Positions 1 to 9,453 of a DNA stretch of 64,000 nucleotides are shown here, piece after piece. The position numbers were made by a program, and so were the translations under genes. Under the pieces are notes generated by a model. The model had not been told where the DNA came from and did no database searches. It saw only the letters and a program-made list of their open reading frames with translations. The stretch lies in the NCBI GenBank assembly GCA_963826115.1, contig CAWGVS010000006.1:1024001-1088000 (forward strand). Direction: 5' to 3'. Positions within the stretch are counted from its first letter, which is position 1; each line of letters begins with the position of its first letter. This DNA is from an uncultured Candidatus Rokubacteria bacterium. Its GTDB lineage: Bacteria; Methylomirabilota; Methylomirabilia; Rokubacteriales; DASRDR01.

Positions 1-1
1 G

Positions 2-394
2 TCAGCTCGCCGCGATCGCCCGGCGGGGCGCCGCCAGGACGTCCTTCACGTACCGGAGGTGGGCCATGAGCGGCCAGAGGTCACCCTCGACCCGCGCGAC
101 GCCGAGCTTCTTCATGGCGAAGAGGTCGTGGTAGCCCGCCTCCGGCAACGGCTGCCAGAAGCGCGCCCACGCGTCGGCCGACGCCCGCACCGCGAAGGTC
201 CACGACCGGAGGAGGAACGGGCCGCGCTCGACGGCCGTCACGCGCCCCGCGGCCACGTGAACCAGGTACTCCACGTCGTCGACGGCCAGGAGGAACGTGG
301 TCGTGAGCCGCTCGCCCCGCCGGACGAGACCTGCGTCGGCGTTGACGAGGTCCGGGAGTCGGGTGACCACGCGCGCCGGGTCGGATGGAGGCAC
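2..394 (-). CDS. hypothetical protein, possibly SCP2/sterol-carrier-like fold
   Basis: ORF 2..499 trimmed to GTG at 394, which follows TATCAT by 6 nt. Protein-like composition (WTFAVRASADAWARFWQP...ARVEGDLWPLM). Confidence 0.6.
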   Translation of the reverse strand: MPPSDPARVVTRLPDLVNADAGLVRRGERLTTTFLLAVDDVEYLVHVAAGRVTAVERGPFLLRSWTFAVRASADAWARFWQPLPEAGYHDLFAMKKLGVARVEGDLWPLMAHLRYVKDVLAAPRRAIAAS

Positions 395-522
395 GGCGGC
401 ATGATAGCGTAGCCGGTGTGCTCCGGGGAGAAGGCCGGCGCGTCCTTCGAGCGCTCCGGTCATCTCCGGTGAGACGGTTTGCTTTCGTCGCTCCGGCACT
501 GCCTGCCTGAAGGGAGGCGCCC

Positions 523-1119
523 ATGGCGTTCATCCGCGAGATCCCGCCCGAGGACACCGCGGGGGAGATGCGCGTCCAGTACGACAAGAGCCGCGAGGCC
601 CTGGGGTACGTCCCCAACTACGCGAAGGTGTTCGCCCACCGACCCGAGGTCTACACCGCCTGGGCGCGCCTGATCGGGGCGATCCGGGCCAACATGGACC
701 TGCGGCGCTACGAGCTCGTCACGCTCGCCGCCGCCTCGCAGCTCCGGTCGAGCTACTGCATGCTGGCGCACGGGAGCGTGCTGCTGCGCAGCCAGGAAGT
801 CACGAGCGACCAGCTCGAGGCGATCGCGCGGGACTACCACCACGCCGACCTGACGCCGGCCGAGGTGGCGATGATGGCCTTCGCGGAGAAAGTCACCACG
901 CGGGCCCACGCCGTGACGGCCGACGACGTGGAAGCGCTCCGCCGGCACGGGTTCTCGGACGCCGAGATCTTCGACATCGCGGTGACCGCCGCCGCGCGCT
1001 GTTTCTTCAGCAAGACGCTCGACGCCGTCGGCGCCCCGCCCGACGAGGCGTTCATGGCGCTCGACGAGCGGCTCCGCGGCGTCCTGACGGTCGGCCGCCC
1101 GGTTCAGCGCGCGTCGTAG
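523..1119 (+). CDS. AhpD/carboxymuconolactone decarboxylase family peroxidase-related protein
   Basis: ELVTLAAASQLRSSYCMLAHG, LRRHGFSDAEI; RBS GGGAGG. Confidence 0.85.
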   Translation: MAFIREIPPEDTAGEMRVQYDKSREALGYVPNYAKVFAHRPEVYTAWARLIGAIRANMDLRRYELVTLAAASQLRSSYCMLAHGSVLLRSQEVTSDQLEAIARDYHHADLTPAEVAMMAFAEKVTTRAHAVTADDVEALRRHGFSDAEIFDIAVTAAARCFFSKTLDAVGAPPDEAFMALDERLRGVLTVGRPVQRAS

Positions 1120-1242
1120 CCGGGCGTCCGCTCCGTCCCGACGGGCCGGGAGACGCGGGGCGGCGTGCTACGCTTGACTCGCCTCTCCCGCGTGGCGATG
1201 GCCGCGCGGCCGGCCTCGGCGCAGAGCCCCGACGGAGGGAGC

Positions 1243-2709
1243 ATGACCCGCACGGTCGAGCCCGAGTTCGTGGGCCGGACCTACGACGACTTCCTGTTCC
1301 GCCCCCAGGCGAGCCCGCTCGCCTCGCGCCGCGAGGTGCCGCTCCGGACGGCGCTGACGCGCCGCCTCGTCCTGGATCTCCCCATCGTCTCGGCCAACAT
1401 GGACAGCGTCACCGACGCGCGGATGGCCGTCGCCATGGCGCTCGAGGGCGGGCTGGGCTTCGTCCACCGGGGACTGGCCATCGCGGCCCAGGTGGCGGAG
1501 GTGGCGCGGGTCAAGCGGACCCAGGGGCACGTCGTCGAGCGGCCGTTCGTCCTGGCCTGCGGGGCGAGCGTGCGCGAGGCGCGGGAGCTCGCCCGGCGGC
1601 ACAACGTCACCGGCCTCCTCATCGAGGAGGCGCCCGGCAGCGGCGTCCTGGCGGGCCTCCTCTCGAATCGGGACTGGCCATGGAGCCCGGCGCAGGACGA
1701 CCGTCCGGTCGGGGAGTTCATGACGCCGTTCGACCGGCTCGTGACCGGGTCGCCGGACGTCTCGATCGAGGAGGCGGAGCGGCGCATGTTCGAGCGCCGG
1801 GTGGAGAAGCTGCCGCTCGTCGACGGCGGTCGCCGGATCCGCGGCCTCATCACCAAGAAGGACATCCTCGCGGCGCGGCAGCGGCCGTACTCGACCAAGG
1901 ACGCGCGGGGCCGCCTCCTCGTCGGCGCGGCGATCGGCGCGCGCGGCGACTTCCTGGAGCGCGCGGCCGAGCTCCTGGGCGCCGGCGCGGACGTGCTCCT
2001 GATCGACATCGCGCACGGCCACTCGGAGGTGATGCGGCGCGCCGTCGAGACGGTCCGCGCCCGCTTCCCCGAGGTCGCGCTCGTCTGCGGCAACGTCGCC
2101 ACCGCCGAGGGCGCCGCGTTCCTGCGGGATCTCGGAGCGGACGCGATCAAGGTCGGCGTGGGGCCCGGGCGCGGGTGCCGGACGCGCCTCGAGACCGGCG
2201 CGGGCGTGCCCCAGCTCCAGGCCATCCGCGAGGCCTGGTGCGCGGTCGAGGACACGGTGCCGATCATCGCGGACGGCGGCGTGCGCGAGGACAAGGACGT
2301 CTTCCTCGCCCTGATCTCCGGGGCGTCGGTGGTGATGCTGGGGAGTCTCCTGTCCGGCACCGACGAAGCCCCCGGCCAGCTGATCGAGGACCCCGGCTCG
2401 GGCGAGAAGCGGAAGATCTACCGCGGGATGACGTCGCCCCAGGCCGTGTTCCGCGCGCTCTACGACGACGAGGAGCACGACGCGGTCGAGGCGGCGCTCG
2501 AGGTGCCGGCCGAGGGGCAGGAGATGCAGGTGCCCTACCGCGGCTCGGTGGTGGACATCCTCCGGCGGATTCGCGGCCACCTGCGCTCGGCGGTCAGCTA
2601 CGGCGGAGCGGAATCGCTCGCCCGGCTCCGCGCGAAGGTGCTGCCGGACCCGCTGCGCTACCTGATCCCGCTCTCCTCGGCGTCCCGCGCCGAGTCCTAC
2701 GAGCGCTGA
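1243..2709 (+). CDS. IMP dehydrogenase/GMP reductase family protein with CBS pair (divergent)
   Basis: TYDDFL, PIVSANMDSVT, IDIAHGHS, GNVAT, KVGVGPG.GC.TR, IIADGG, YRGM; RBS GGAGGG before ATG 1243. Confidence 0.85.
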   Translation: MTRTVEPEFVGRTYDDFLFRPQASPLASRREVPLRTALTRRLVLDLPIVSANMDSVTDARMAVAMALEGGLGFVHRGLAIAAQVAEVARVKRTQGHVVERPFVLACGASVREARELARRHNVTGLLIEEAPGSGVLAGLLSNRDWPWSPAQDDRPVGEFMTPFDRLVTGSPDVSIEEAERRMFERRVEKLPLVDGGRRIRGLITKKDILAARQRPYSTKDARGRLLVGAAIGARGDFLERAAELLGAGADVLLIDIAHGHSEVMRRAVETVRARFPEVALVCGNVATAEGAAFLRDLGADAIKVGVGPGRGCRTRLETGAGVPQLQAIREAWCAVEDTVPIIADGGVREDKDVFLALISGASVVMLGSLLSGTDEAPGQLIEDPGSGEKRKIYRGMTSPQAVFRALYDDEEHDAVEAALEVPAEGQEMQVPYRGSVVDILRRIRGHLRSAVSYGGAESLARLRAKVLPDPLRYLIPLSSASRAESYER

Positions 2710-2723
2710 CCGGGGGGACGCCG

Positions 2724-3779
2724 ATGCCGCCCGCGCTGCTCAGCCCCCGCGCGATCCGACTGGACGTCGCGACGGCCTGTCAGCTGCGCTGCCCGGCCTG
2801 TCCCACCACGCTCGGCATCATCCGGGACGACCTGGGGACCGGGTTCGTCCGCCTCGACGACTTCCGGCGCCTGCTCGAGGCCAACCCCGGCGTGCGCTCG
2901 ATCGAGCTGTCGAACTGGGGGGAGATCTTCCTGAACCCGGACCTCCTCGCCATGATGGAGCTCGCGGCGGAGCGCGGCGTGGCCCTCTCCGCGAAGAACG
3001 GCGCGAACCTGAACACCGTGGCCGACGGGGTGCTCGAGGGGCTGGTCCGCTATCGCTTCCGCGCGATCACGTGCTCCATCGACGGCGCGAGCCCCGAGAC
3101 CTACGCCGTCTACCGCCGCCGGGGCGACTTCGACACCGTCCTCGCCAACATCCGGAAGATCAACGGGTTCAAGGCGCGTTATGGCTCGAAGTACCCGAAG
3201 CTCACGTGGCAATTCGTGGTGTTCGGACACAACGAGCACGAGATCCCCCGGGCGCGCGCCCTGGCCCAGGAGCTCGGGATGGAGCTGCGCGTCAAGCTCT
3301 CGTGGGGCGGGACGTACCTGGGCGAGGACTTCTCGCCGGTGCGGAACCGCGAGGCGGTCCGGAAGGAGATATCGGGCGGCGTCGCCGACCGCACGGAGTA
3401 CGAGACCCGCTTCGGCGTCCGGTACGGCCAGCGGAGGACCTGCGCCCAGATGTGGACCGATCCGCAGATCAACTGGGACGGCCGCGTCCTCGGCTGCTGC
3501 GTCAACCACTGGGGCGACTACGGGAACGCCTTCCGCGACGGCCTCGCCGAGACATGCGGCGGCGAGCGCATGAGCTACGCCCGCGCGATGCTGATGGGCG
3601 AGGCCCCCGCCCGCGCCGACATCCCGTGCACCACGTGCGCCAACTATACGGCGATGCAGCGCACCGGACGCTGGATCACGGAGCGCGAGATCAGCCATGC
3701 CGGCCTCGCCCGGCGGGTCCGGAGCCTCCTGGGCTCGGCTCGCCGCGGCGTGCTGGCGCGCCTGCGCGGTCCGGCCTGA
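2724..3779 (+). CDS. radical SAM protein with SPASM/twitch domain
   Basis: CQLRCPAC (CxxxCxxC), NWGEIFL, SIDGASPETY; C-terminal C...INWDGRVLGCC...CTTC. Confidence 0.85.
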   Translation: MPPALLSPRAIRLDVATACQLRCPACPTTLGIIRDDLGTGFVRLDDFRRLLEANPGVRSIELSNWGEIFLNPDLLAMMELAAERGVALSAKNGANLNTVADGVLEGLVRYRFRAITCSIDGASPETYAVYRRRGDFDTVLANIRKINGFKARYGSKYPKLTWQFVVFGHNEHEIPRARALAQELGMELRVKLSWGGTYLGEDFSPVRNREAVRKEISGGVADRTEYETRFGVRYGQRRTCAQMWTDPQINWDGRVLGCCVNHWGDYGNAFRDGLAETCGGERMSYARAMLMGEAPARADIPCTTCANYTAMQRTGRWITEREISHAGLARRVRSLLGSARRGVLARLRGPA

Positions 3780-3783
3780 CCGA

Positions 3784-4566
3784 TCAGAACAGCGCGCGGG
3801 ACTGCCCGCCGTCCACGTTCAGGCAGGCGCCGAGCACCAGGCTGGCCGCGTCCGAGGCGAGGAAGGCGACCACGCGCCCGACCTCGTCGGGACGCCCGAA
3901 GCGCCCGAGCGGCAGGTCGGCCTTCAGGAACGCGGCGATCCCCTCGGGATCCTCGCGCGTCCGCCGCTCCCAGCCGCCTCCGGGGAAGATGATGGAGCCC
4001 GGCGCGACCGCATTGACCCGGATGCCGAGAGGCGCGAGCTCCATCGCGAGCGCCTTCGACATGCCGATCTCGGCGGCCTTGGCCGCGATGTACGTCGGGC
4101 GCCGCACGTAGGCGCCGCCCCACTCGCGGCCGTAGATCGACACGATGTTGATGATCGCGCCGCGGCCCCGCGCGCGCATCGACGGGACGACCAGGCGGCT
4201 CAGACGCACCGCGGGCCAGAGGTTCAGGTCGATGGCCCGCTGCCAGTCCTCCTCGCTCGTCTCCTGGAACGAGCTCCCGGTGGAGCCCCCGACGTTGTTG
4301 ACCAGGATGTCGATCGCTCCGAAGGCGGCGCTCGCGGCCTCGAAGGCCTCCCGCACCCCGTGGGTCGTCGTGACGTCGGCGGCGACGGCGACCGCCTCGG
4401 CGCCCAGCGCCCGCACCTCCGCCGCCGCCGCGTCGAGCGCGTCCTTGCCGCGCGCGCAGAGCGCGACGCGGCAGCCCTCGCGCGCGAGCTCCAGCGCGAT
4501 CCCGCGTCCGATGCCGCGGCTCGCGCCCGTGACGAGCGCGACCCTGCCCCCGAGTCCGAGGTCCAT
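3784..4566 (-). CDS. short-chain dehydrogenase/reductase
   Basis: TGASRGIG, VNNVG, YxxxK (YIAAK). Confidence 0.9.
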   Translation of the reverse strand: MDLGLGGRVALVTGASRGIGRGIALELAREGCRVALCARGKDALDAAAAEVRALGAEAVAVAADVTTTHGVREAFEAASAAFGAIDILVNNVGGSTGSSFQETSEEDWQRAIDLNLWPAVRLSRLVVPSMRARGRGAIINIVSIYGREWGGAYVRRPTYIAAKAAEIGMSKALAMELAPLGIRVNAVAPGSIIFPGGGWERRTREDPEGIAAFLKADLPLGRFGRPDEVGRVVAFLASDAASLVLGACLNVDGGQSRALF

Positions 4567-4720
4567 GCCTGTCCTCCCTGAGGATCGTGCCTGAGGTCGT
4601 GAAGGTCGGCGTCAGCCTAGCCGCGCCGACCGCGCCGCGCAACCGCGCCTGCGATCGCCCGACGCCCATGGGGCTTGACGGAGCAGCGCCTAGCGGCTAT
4701 TCCGTCCTCGGAGGGCTCCC

Positions 4721-5815
4721 ATGACTTGCTCCCTGCGCCTGCAGATCCGCGACGTCGAGGCCCGGGCGGTCGTCGCGCCCCTGAACCCGCCGGTCCGTAC
4801 TGCCTCGGGCTCGGTGAGCCACGCGCTCCTCGTGCTGATCGACCTCCACACCGAGGAGGGCCCTGTCGGGCGGGCGTACCTCTGCGCCTATCAGTCGGTC
4901 GCGCTCCGGCCGCTGCGGGAGCTCGTGCGGGAGCTCGGGGCGACCATCAAGGGCCAGGCCGTCGCGCCCGTCGAGCTCGACCGATGCCTCCGATCGCGCT
5001 TCACGCTGCTCGGCGGCGCGCGCGGCCTCCAGGGGCTGGCGCTGTCCGGAATCGACCTCGCCGCCTGGGACGCGCTCGCGACGGCGGCCGGCGTCCCCCT
5101 GGTGGCGCTGCTCGGCGGCGAGGCGCGGCCCATCCCCGCCTACAACAGCCTCGGGATGCTCGGGCCCGGTGACGCCGCCGACGAGGCGGCGAAGACGGCC
5201 GCCGCCGGCTTCCGCGCCATGAAGATCAAGATCGGCTGGCCCGCGCTCGAGCAGGACCTGGCCTCGGTGCGCGCCGCGCGGCGCGCCTTGCCCGACGACA
5301 TCGCCCTCATGGTGGACTTCAACCAGTCGCTTTCGGTCGCGGAGGCGATCCGGCGGGGCCACGCGCTCGACGACGAGGGACTGGCGTGGATCGAGGAGCC
5401 CGTGCGCGCGACGGACCTCCGCGGCGCCGCCGCGGTCGCCCAGGCGCTCGCGACGCCCGTGCAGATCGGCGAGAACCTCGCGGGGTCGTTCGATATGGAG
5501 GAGGCGATCCACGTCCGGGCGAGCGACCTCGTGATGCCGGACGTCCAGCAGATCGGCGGGGTGACCGGGTGGATGAGGGCGGCCGCCCTCGCGCACGCGG
5601 CGGGCCTGCCGTGCTCGAGCCACCTCTTCATCGAGGCGAGCGCCCACCTCCTCGCGGTCACGCCCACGTGCCACTGGATCGAGTACCTCGACATGGCGGA
5701 GCCGATCGTGGCCGAGCCGCTCCGCCCGATCGACGGCACGCTGCGCGCGCCGTCCCGGCCCGGGCTCGGGATCGCGTGGGACGAGGCCGCCGTCCGGCGC
5801 TACCTCGTATCCTGA
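4721..5815 (+). CDS. mandelate racemase/muconate lactonizing enzyme family (enolase superfamily)
   Basis: KIK, MVDFNQ, WIEEP, IGEN, SSHLF, HWIEY. Confidence 0.9.
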   Translation: MTCSLRLQIRDVEARAVVAPLNPPVRTASGSVSHALLVLIDLHTEEGPVGRAYLCAYQSVALRPLRELVRELGATIKGQAVAPVELDRCLRSRFTLLGGARGLQGLALSGIDLAAWDALATAAGVPLVALLGGEARPIPAYNSLGMLGPGDAADEAAKTAAAGFRAMKIKIGWPALEQDLASVRAARRALPDDIALMVDFNQSLSVAEAIRRGHALDDEGLAWIEEPVRATDLRGAAAVAQALATPVQIGENLAGSFDMEEAIHVRASDLVMPDVQQIGGVTGWMRAAALAHAAGLPCSSHLFIEASAHLLAVTPTCHWIEYLDMAEPIVAEPLRPIDGTLRAPSRPGLGIAWDEAAVRRYLVS

Positions 5816-6654
5816 CGTCGATCCGCCGGTTTTTCCGCGAGAATCACCAGGCTGTTGGCGAGGGCCAGGCCCGGGCTGGTCGCGGCCAGCGTCCGATCGA
5901 GCGCGCGGAGCCCCCGGTAGAGCGTCCCGGCGATCCGTCCGAGGCGCGGCCGGTGGAGCACGGTGGACGGCAGGAGGTTCGTGGCCGAGTGGAGGCCCCA
6001 GGCGCGCCGCCGGACCAGGCCCGCGGCGCCGAGCCGGCGGTCGATCTCGGCCCGCGTGAAGAGCCGGAGCGCCGGATAGCCCGGGTAGTCGATCCACACG
6101 CCGGCGGAAAACGGTCGGGCGAAGGCGCGCGCCGCCGCGCCCGCCGTCACCTCGTAGCCGAGCGGATCGCCCACCGCGCTCGACGCGAGGCGCCAGGCGA
6201 GGTCGAGGCTCCAGCGGTGCTCGACCTCGAGCAGCACCCGGCCGCCGGGCCGGAGCACGCGCGCGATCTCGGCGAAGGCGCGCTCCGGGCGCGTGACGAA
6301 CGAGAGCGTGCTGCCGCACGAGACCACCAGGTCCATCGTTCCGTCGCGGCAGGGGAGCGCTTCGACGTCGCCCTGCAGGAGGCGCGCGCCGCGAGAGCGC
6401 CGGCGCGCGACGCTCAGGAGGCCGGCCGAGATGTCGACGCCGATCGTCTCGTAGCCGAGCTCGAGCAGGATGGCGGTCTGGAAGCCGGTGCCGCAGCCGG
6501 CGTCGAGGGCGCGCGGGCGCCGGGTTGCGGCCGGCGGCGCGAGCTCCGCGCGCACGAGACCGTGCAGCACGGCGTAGAGGTGCTCGTACCAGGGCTCGAG
6601 ATCGTCGTAGGATGCCGCCATCGCGTCGAAGAAGGGTCCCGCCCCGGTCGTCAC
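5800..6654 (-). CDS. class I SAM-dependent methyltransferase
   Basis: LDAGCGTG, GVDIS, RVLRPGG. Confidence 0.85.
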   Translation of the reverse strand: MTTGAGPFFDAMAASYDDLEPWYEHLYAVLHGLVRAELAPPAATRRPRALDAGCGTGFQTAILLELGYETIGVDISAGLLSVARRRSRGARLLQGDVEALPCRDGTMDLVVSCGSTLSFVTRPERAFAEIARVLRPGGRVLLEVEHRWSLDLAWRLASSAVGDPLGYEVTAGAAARAFARPFSAGVWIDYPGYPALRLFTRAEIDRRLGAAGLVRRRAWGLHSATNLLPSTVLHRPRLGRIAGTLYRGLRALDRTLAATSPGLALANSLVILAEKPADRRQDTR

Positions 6655-6694
6655 GGGGCGAGTGTAGCGAACGGGCGGTCACGAGGGGGAGCCG

Positions 6695-7906
6695 ATGCGC
6701 GAGCGCGGGAGCGGGACGAATGGGCGGGGTCGAGCCGCCGCCGGGCGGCGGCGGCCGTCGAGAGCGGCACGCGTACCGGTCGACGGGGCGCGCCGGCCTC
6801 GGCCCGGAAGCGCGAACGGAGATGCGGCGGCCGCCGCGGCGGCGCCGGCCGCTCCACGCTGGCCGCGTAGGGTCCCGATCGAGCTCGTCGCCGAGGGCGC
6901 GGGTGGCGGGACGGTGGGCCGGCTTCTGGGTCGCATGAGCGAGTCGGCCTTCCAGGGGCGCCGGCTCGGGGAAGCCTTCCAGACCTGGCAGCGCCTGATC
7001 GACGGCGAGTGCCTGATCGCGCTCGGGCTCGCGGGCTCGATGGCGAGCGCGGGCCTGGGGCCGCTCGTGACCTGGCTGGTCGAGCGCGGCTACGTGGACG
7101 TGATCGCCTCGACCTCCGCGAACGCGACCGAGGACATCCTCGAGCAGCGCGGCGTGTCGCTCTACCGCATCGACGCCGACCACGTCGACGACGACCGGCT
7201 CCGCCGCGACGGGTACTACCGTTTCTACGACCACGTCGTGCGCACGGCCGACTACGACGCGATGGAGGACTTCACCCGGGGGTTCTTCGAGCACCTGGCG
7301 TCGTCGTGGCCGCGGCCCGCGATCAGCGGTGTCCGGTTCATGCGGGAGCTTGGCCGCTGGCTGGACGCGCAGGGGCTCGGCGGCTCGCTGGCGGCGACCT
7401 GCGCCCGCCACGGTGTCCCGCTCTTCGTGCCGGCCGCGCCGGACGGCCCGCTGGCCGAGGGCTACCGGGCGGCGCGGGGCAAGGGGCCGGTCGTCGACTT
7501 CTTCCGGGACTACGAGATCGCGCTGGCGGTGATGAACCGGTTCATGACGCCCGGCCCGGGGACCGCCGCGATCTTCCTGGGCGGCGGCGTGCCGAAGGAT
7601 TTCATCCAGATCACGGCGACCAGCGTGTCGACGCTGCGGGGCGCGGAGACCTGCCCGCACGTGGCCGCGATCCAGATCACCACCGACAACCCCGTCTACG
7701 GCGGGCTCGGCGGCGCCGGGGTCAACAGCGAGGCGATCTCGTGGGGGAAGGAGTCGGCCGACGGCGACAACGTGATGGTCTTCGCCGACGTGACGATCGC
7801 CCTCCCGCTCCTCTGCCAGGGGCTGCTCGAGCGCTACGGTCCGCGCCACGTGCGCCCCGCGCGGGCGACGATCGCGCGCGCGCTCGCGTCGCTCCAGGAC
7901 GCGTGA
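6695..7906 (+). CDS. deoxyhypusine synthase-like protein (DHS-like homospermidine synthase family); start uncertain
   Basis: LAGSMASAG, STSAN, LGGGVPKDF, EAISWGK (catalytic Lys), DVTIALP. Confidence 0.85.
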   Translation: MRERGSGTNGRGRAAAGRRRPSRAARVPVDGARRPRPGSANGDAAAAAAAPAAPRWPRRVPIELVAEGAGGGTVGRLLGRMSESAFQGRRLGEAFQTWQRLIDGECLIALGLAGSMASAGLGPLVTWLVERGYVDVIASTSANATEDILEQRGVSLYRIDADHVDDDRLRRDGYYRFYDHVVRTADYDAMEDFTRGFFEHLASSWPRPAISGVRFMRELGRWLDAQGLGGSLAATCARHGVPLFVPAAPDGPLAEGYRAARGKGPVVDFFRDYEIALAVMNRFMTPGPGTAAIFLGGGVPKDFIQITATSVSTLRGAETCPHVAAIQITTDNPVYGGLGGAGVNSEAISWGKESADGDNVMVFADVTIALPLLCQGLLERYGPRHVRPARATIARALASLQDA

Positions 7907-8027
7907 GTTGAGGGTCGACCGGCGGGGGATTCTGGGCGCGCAGAGCTGCGATCAGAGGTGTCGCCCGCGGCGGTCCGTCAAGGCCAGCGCACCTCGGGAT
8001 CGATGGGAAGGCGGGCGGCTACGCGCC

Positions 8028-8056
8028 TTGACACCTCCCGGCGATGCGGCCAGGAT
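8028..8056 (+). promoter_or_regulatory. putative sigma-70 promoter of the aminotransferase operon
   Basis: TTGACA-17 bp-CAGGAT. Confidence 0.45.
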
Positions 8057-8109
8057 TCCGGCGTAGGGCCGGCCTCGAGCCCCCGTTCACCCCGACCGAG
8101 GAGAAGCCG

Positions 8110-9453
8110 ATGACCTCGCGCTACTCGGCGCTCGACGAGCGCTACCTCCACCCGATGACCGATCCCGCGGACCGCGGGCGGCTGACCGTCCTCGTCCGTG
8201 GCCGGGGCGTCCGGCTCGAGGACGCCGAGGGGCGTTCGTACATCGACGGCCTGGCCGGGCTCTGGAACGTGAACCTCGGACACGGGCGCGAGGAGCTGGT
8301 CGAGGCCGCGGCCGGGCAGATGCGCCAGCTCGCCTTCGCCAATACCTACAGCGGCTACGCCAACGCGCCGGCGCTCGAGCTGGCCGCGCGGCTCGAGACC
8401 GTGGCGTATCCGGGGCTCAAGGCGAGCTTCCTCGCGACCAGCGGCGTCGACGCCAACGAGGCCGCGTTCAAGACCGTCCGCTACTTCTGGCGTCGCCAGG
8501 GCCGGGCGTCGAAGGTGAAGATCATCTCGCTCGAGCACGGCTACCACGGCGCGACGATCGCCGGGATGAGCGCGACCGGGATCCCGGACTACGCGCGGAT
8601 GTTCGGGCCCCGGCTCGCGGAGTTCCTGCACGTCCGCTCGCATTACCCGTACCGCTGCGACTTCGCGCGACCGGGAGAGGGTCCGGGCGCGGCGGCCGCG
8701 CGGCTCCTGGAGGAGGCGATCATCCGCGAGGGGCCCGACACGGTGGCCGCCTTCCTCGCCGAGCCGGTGCAGGGAGCGGGCGGGGTCATCGTCCCGCCGG
8801 ATGACTACTTCCCGCGCGTGCGCGAGATCCTGGACCGGCACCACGTCCTCCTCATCGCCGACGAGATCATCACGGGGTTCGGGCGAACGGGCGAGTGGTT
8901 CGGGCTCACGCACTGGAACGTGCGACCGGACATCCTCACCTTCGCCAAGGGCGTCACGAGCGCCTACCTGCCGCTCGGCGGCATGATGGTGAGCGAGGGG
9001 ATCGCGCACACGATCCGCGAGGCGCCGGCCTCGGAGCGCTGGGCCCACTCCTCGACCTACGCCGGTCATCCCGTGTGCTGCGCGGTGGCGCTCCGGACGC
9101 TGGACGTGCTCGAGCGCGATCGGCTCGTCCCGCGGGTGGCGCGGATCGGCCGCTACCTGCTCGACCGGCTCCGCACGCTCGAGGACCTCGAGTGCGTCGG
9201 CGAGGTGCGCGGCATCGGCCTGATGGCCGCGGTGGAGCTGGTGGCCGACCGCGGGACGCGGGCGGTCTTCGATCCCGCGCTCCGGGTGGGCGCGCGGATC
9301 ACGCGTCACGCGCAGGAGGCCGGGCTCATGCTCAGGACGCGGGGCGAGGTGGTGACGCTGGCCCCGCCCTTCGTCATCACGGAGGCGGAGATCGACGAGA
9401 CGGTGGCGATCCTCCGCACCGCCATCGAGAAGACCATGGGAGAGATCCGATGA
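8110..9453 (+). CDS. class III (omega-amino acid) aminotransferase
   Basis: GLWNVNLGHG, GYHG, EPVQGAGG, ADEIITGFGRTG, FAKGVTSAY.P. Confidence 0.92.
   Translation: MTSRYSALDERYLHPMTDPADRGRLTVLVRGRGVRLEDAEGRSYIDGLAGLWNVNLGHGREELVEAAAGQMRQLAFANTYSGYANAPALELAARLETVAYPGLKASFLATSGVDANEAAFKTVRYFWRRQGRASKVKIISLEHGYHGATIAGMSATGIPDYARMFGPRLAEFLHVRSHYPYRCDFARPGEGPGAAAARLLEEAIIREGPDTVAAFLAEPVQGAGGVIVPPDDYFPRVREILDRHHVLLIADEIITGFGRTGEWFGLTHWNVRPDILTFAKGVTSAYLPLGGMMVSEGIAHTIREAPASERWAHSSTYAGHPVCCAVALRTLDVLERDRLVPRVARIGRYLLDRLRTLEDLECVGEVRGIGLMAAVELVADRGTRAVFDPALRVGARITRHAQEAGLMLRTRGEVVTLAPPFVITEAEIDETVAILRTAIEKTMGEIR

Noticed and set aside
2724-3779. RiPP cluster around the radical SAM/SPASM gene
   Set aside because: No precursor peptide, RRE, peptidase or exporter nearby.
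4697-7849. Very long antisense or alternate-frame ORFs (e.g. 1050 aa here; also 20894..23098, 45529..47616, 47487..50057)
   Set aside because: Arg/Pro/Gly-rich shadow ORFs caused by the rarity of stop codons at high GC; they overlap well-supported genes.
7940-8002. Possible riboswitch or ncRNA (GATCAGAGGTG...CACCTCGGGATC pairing)
   Set aside because: I recognise no family motif, the pairing is unremarkable at this GC content, and it lies upstream of the putative promoter.
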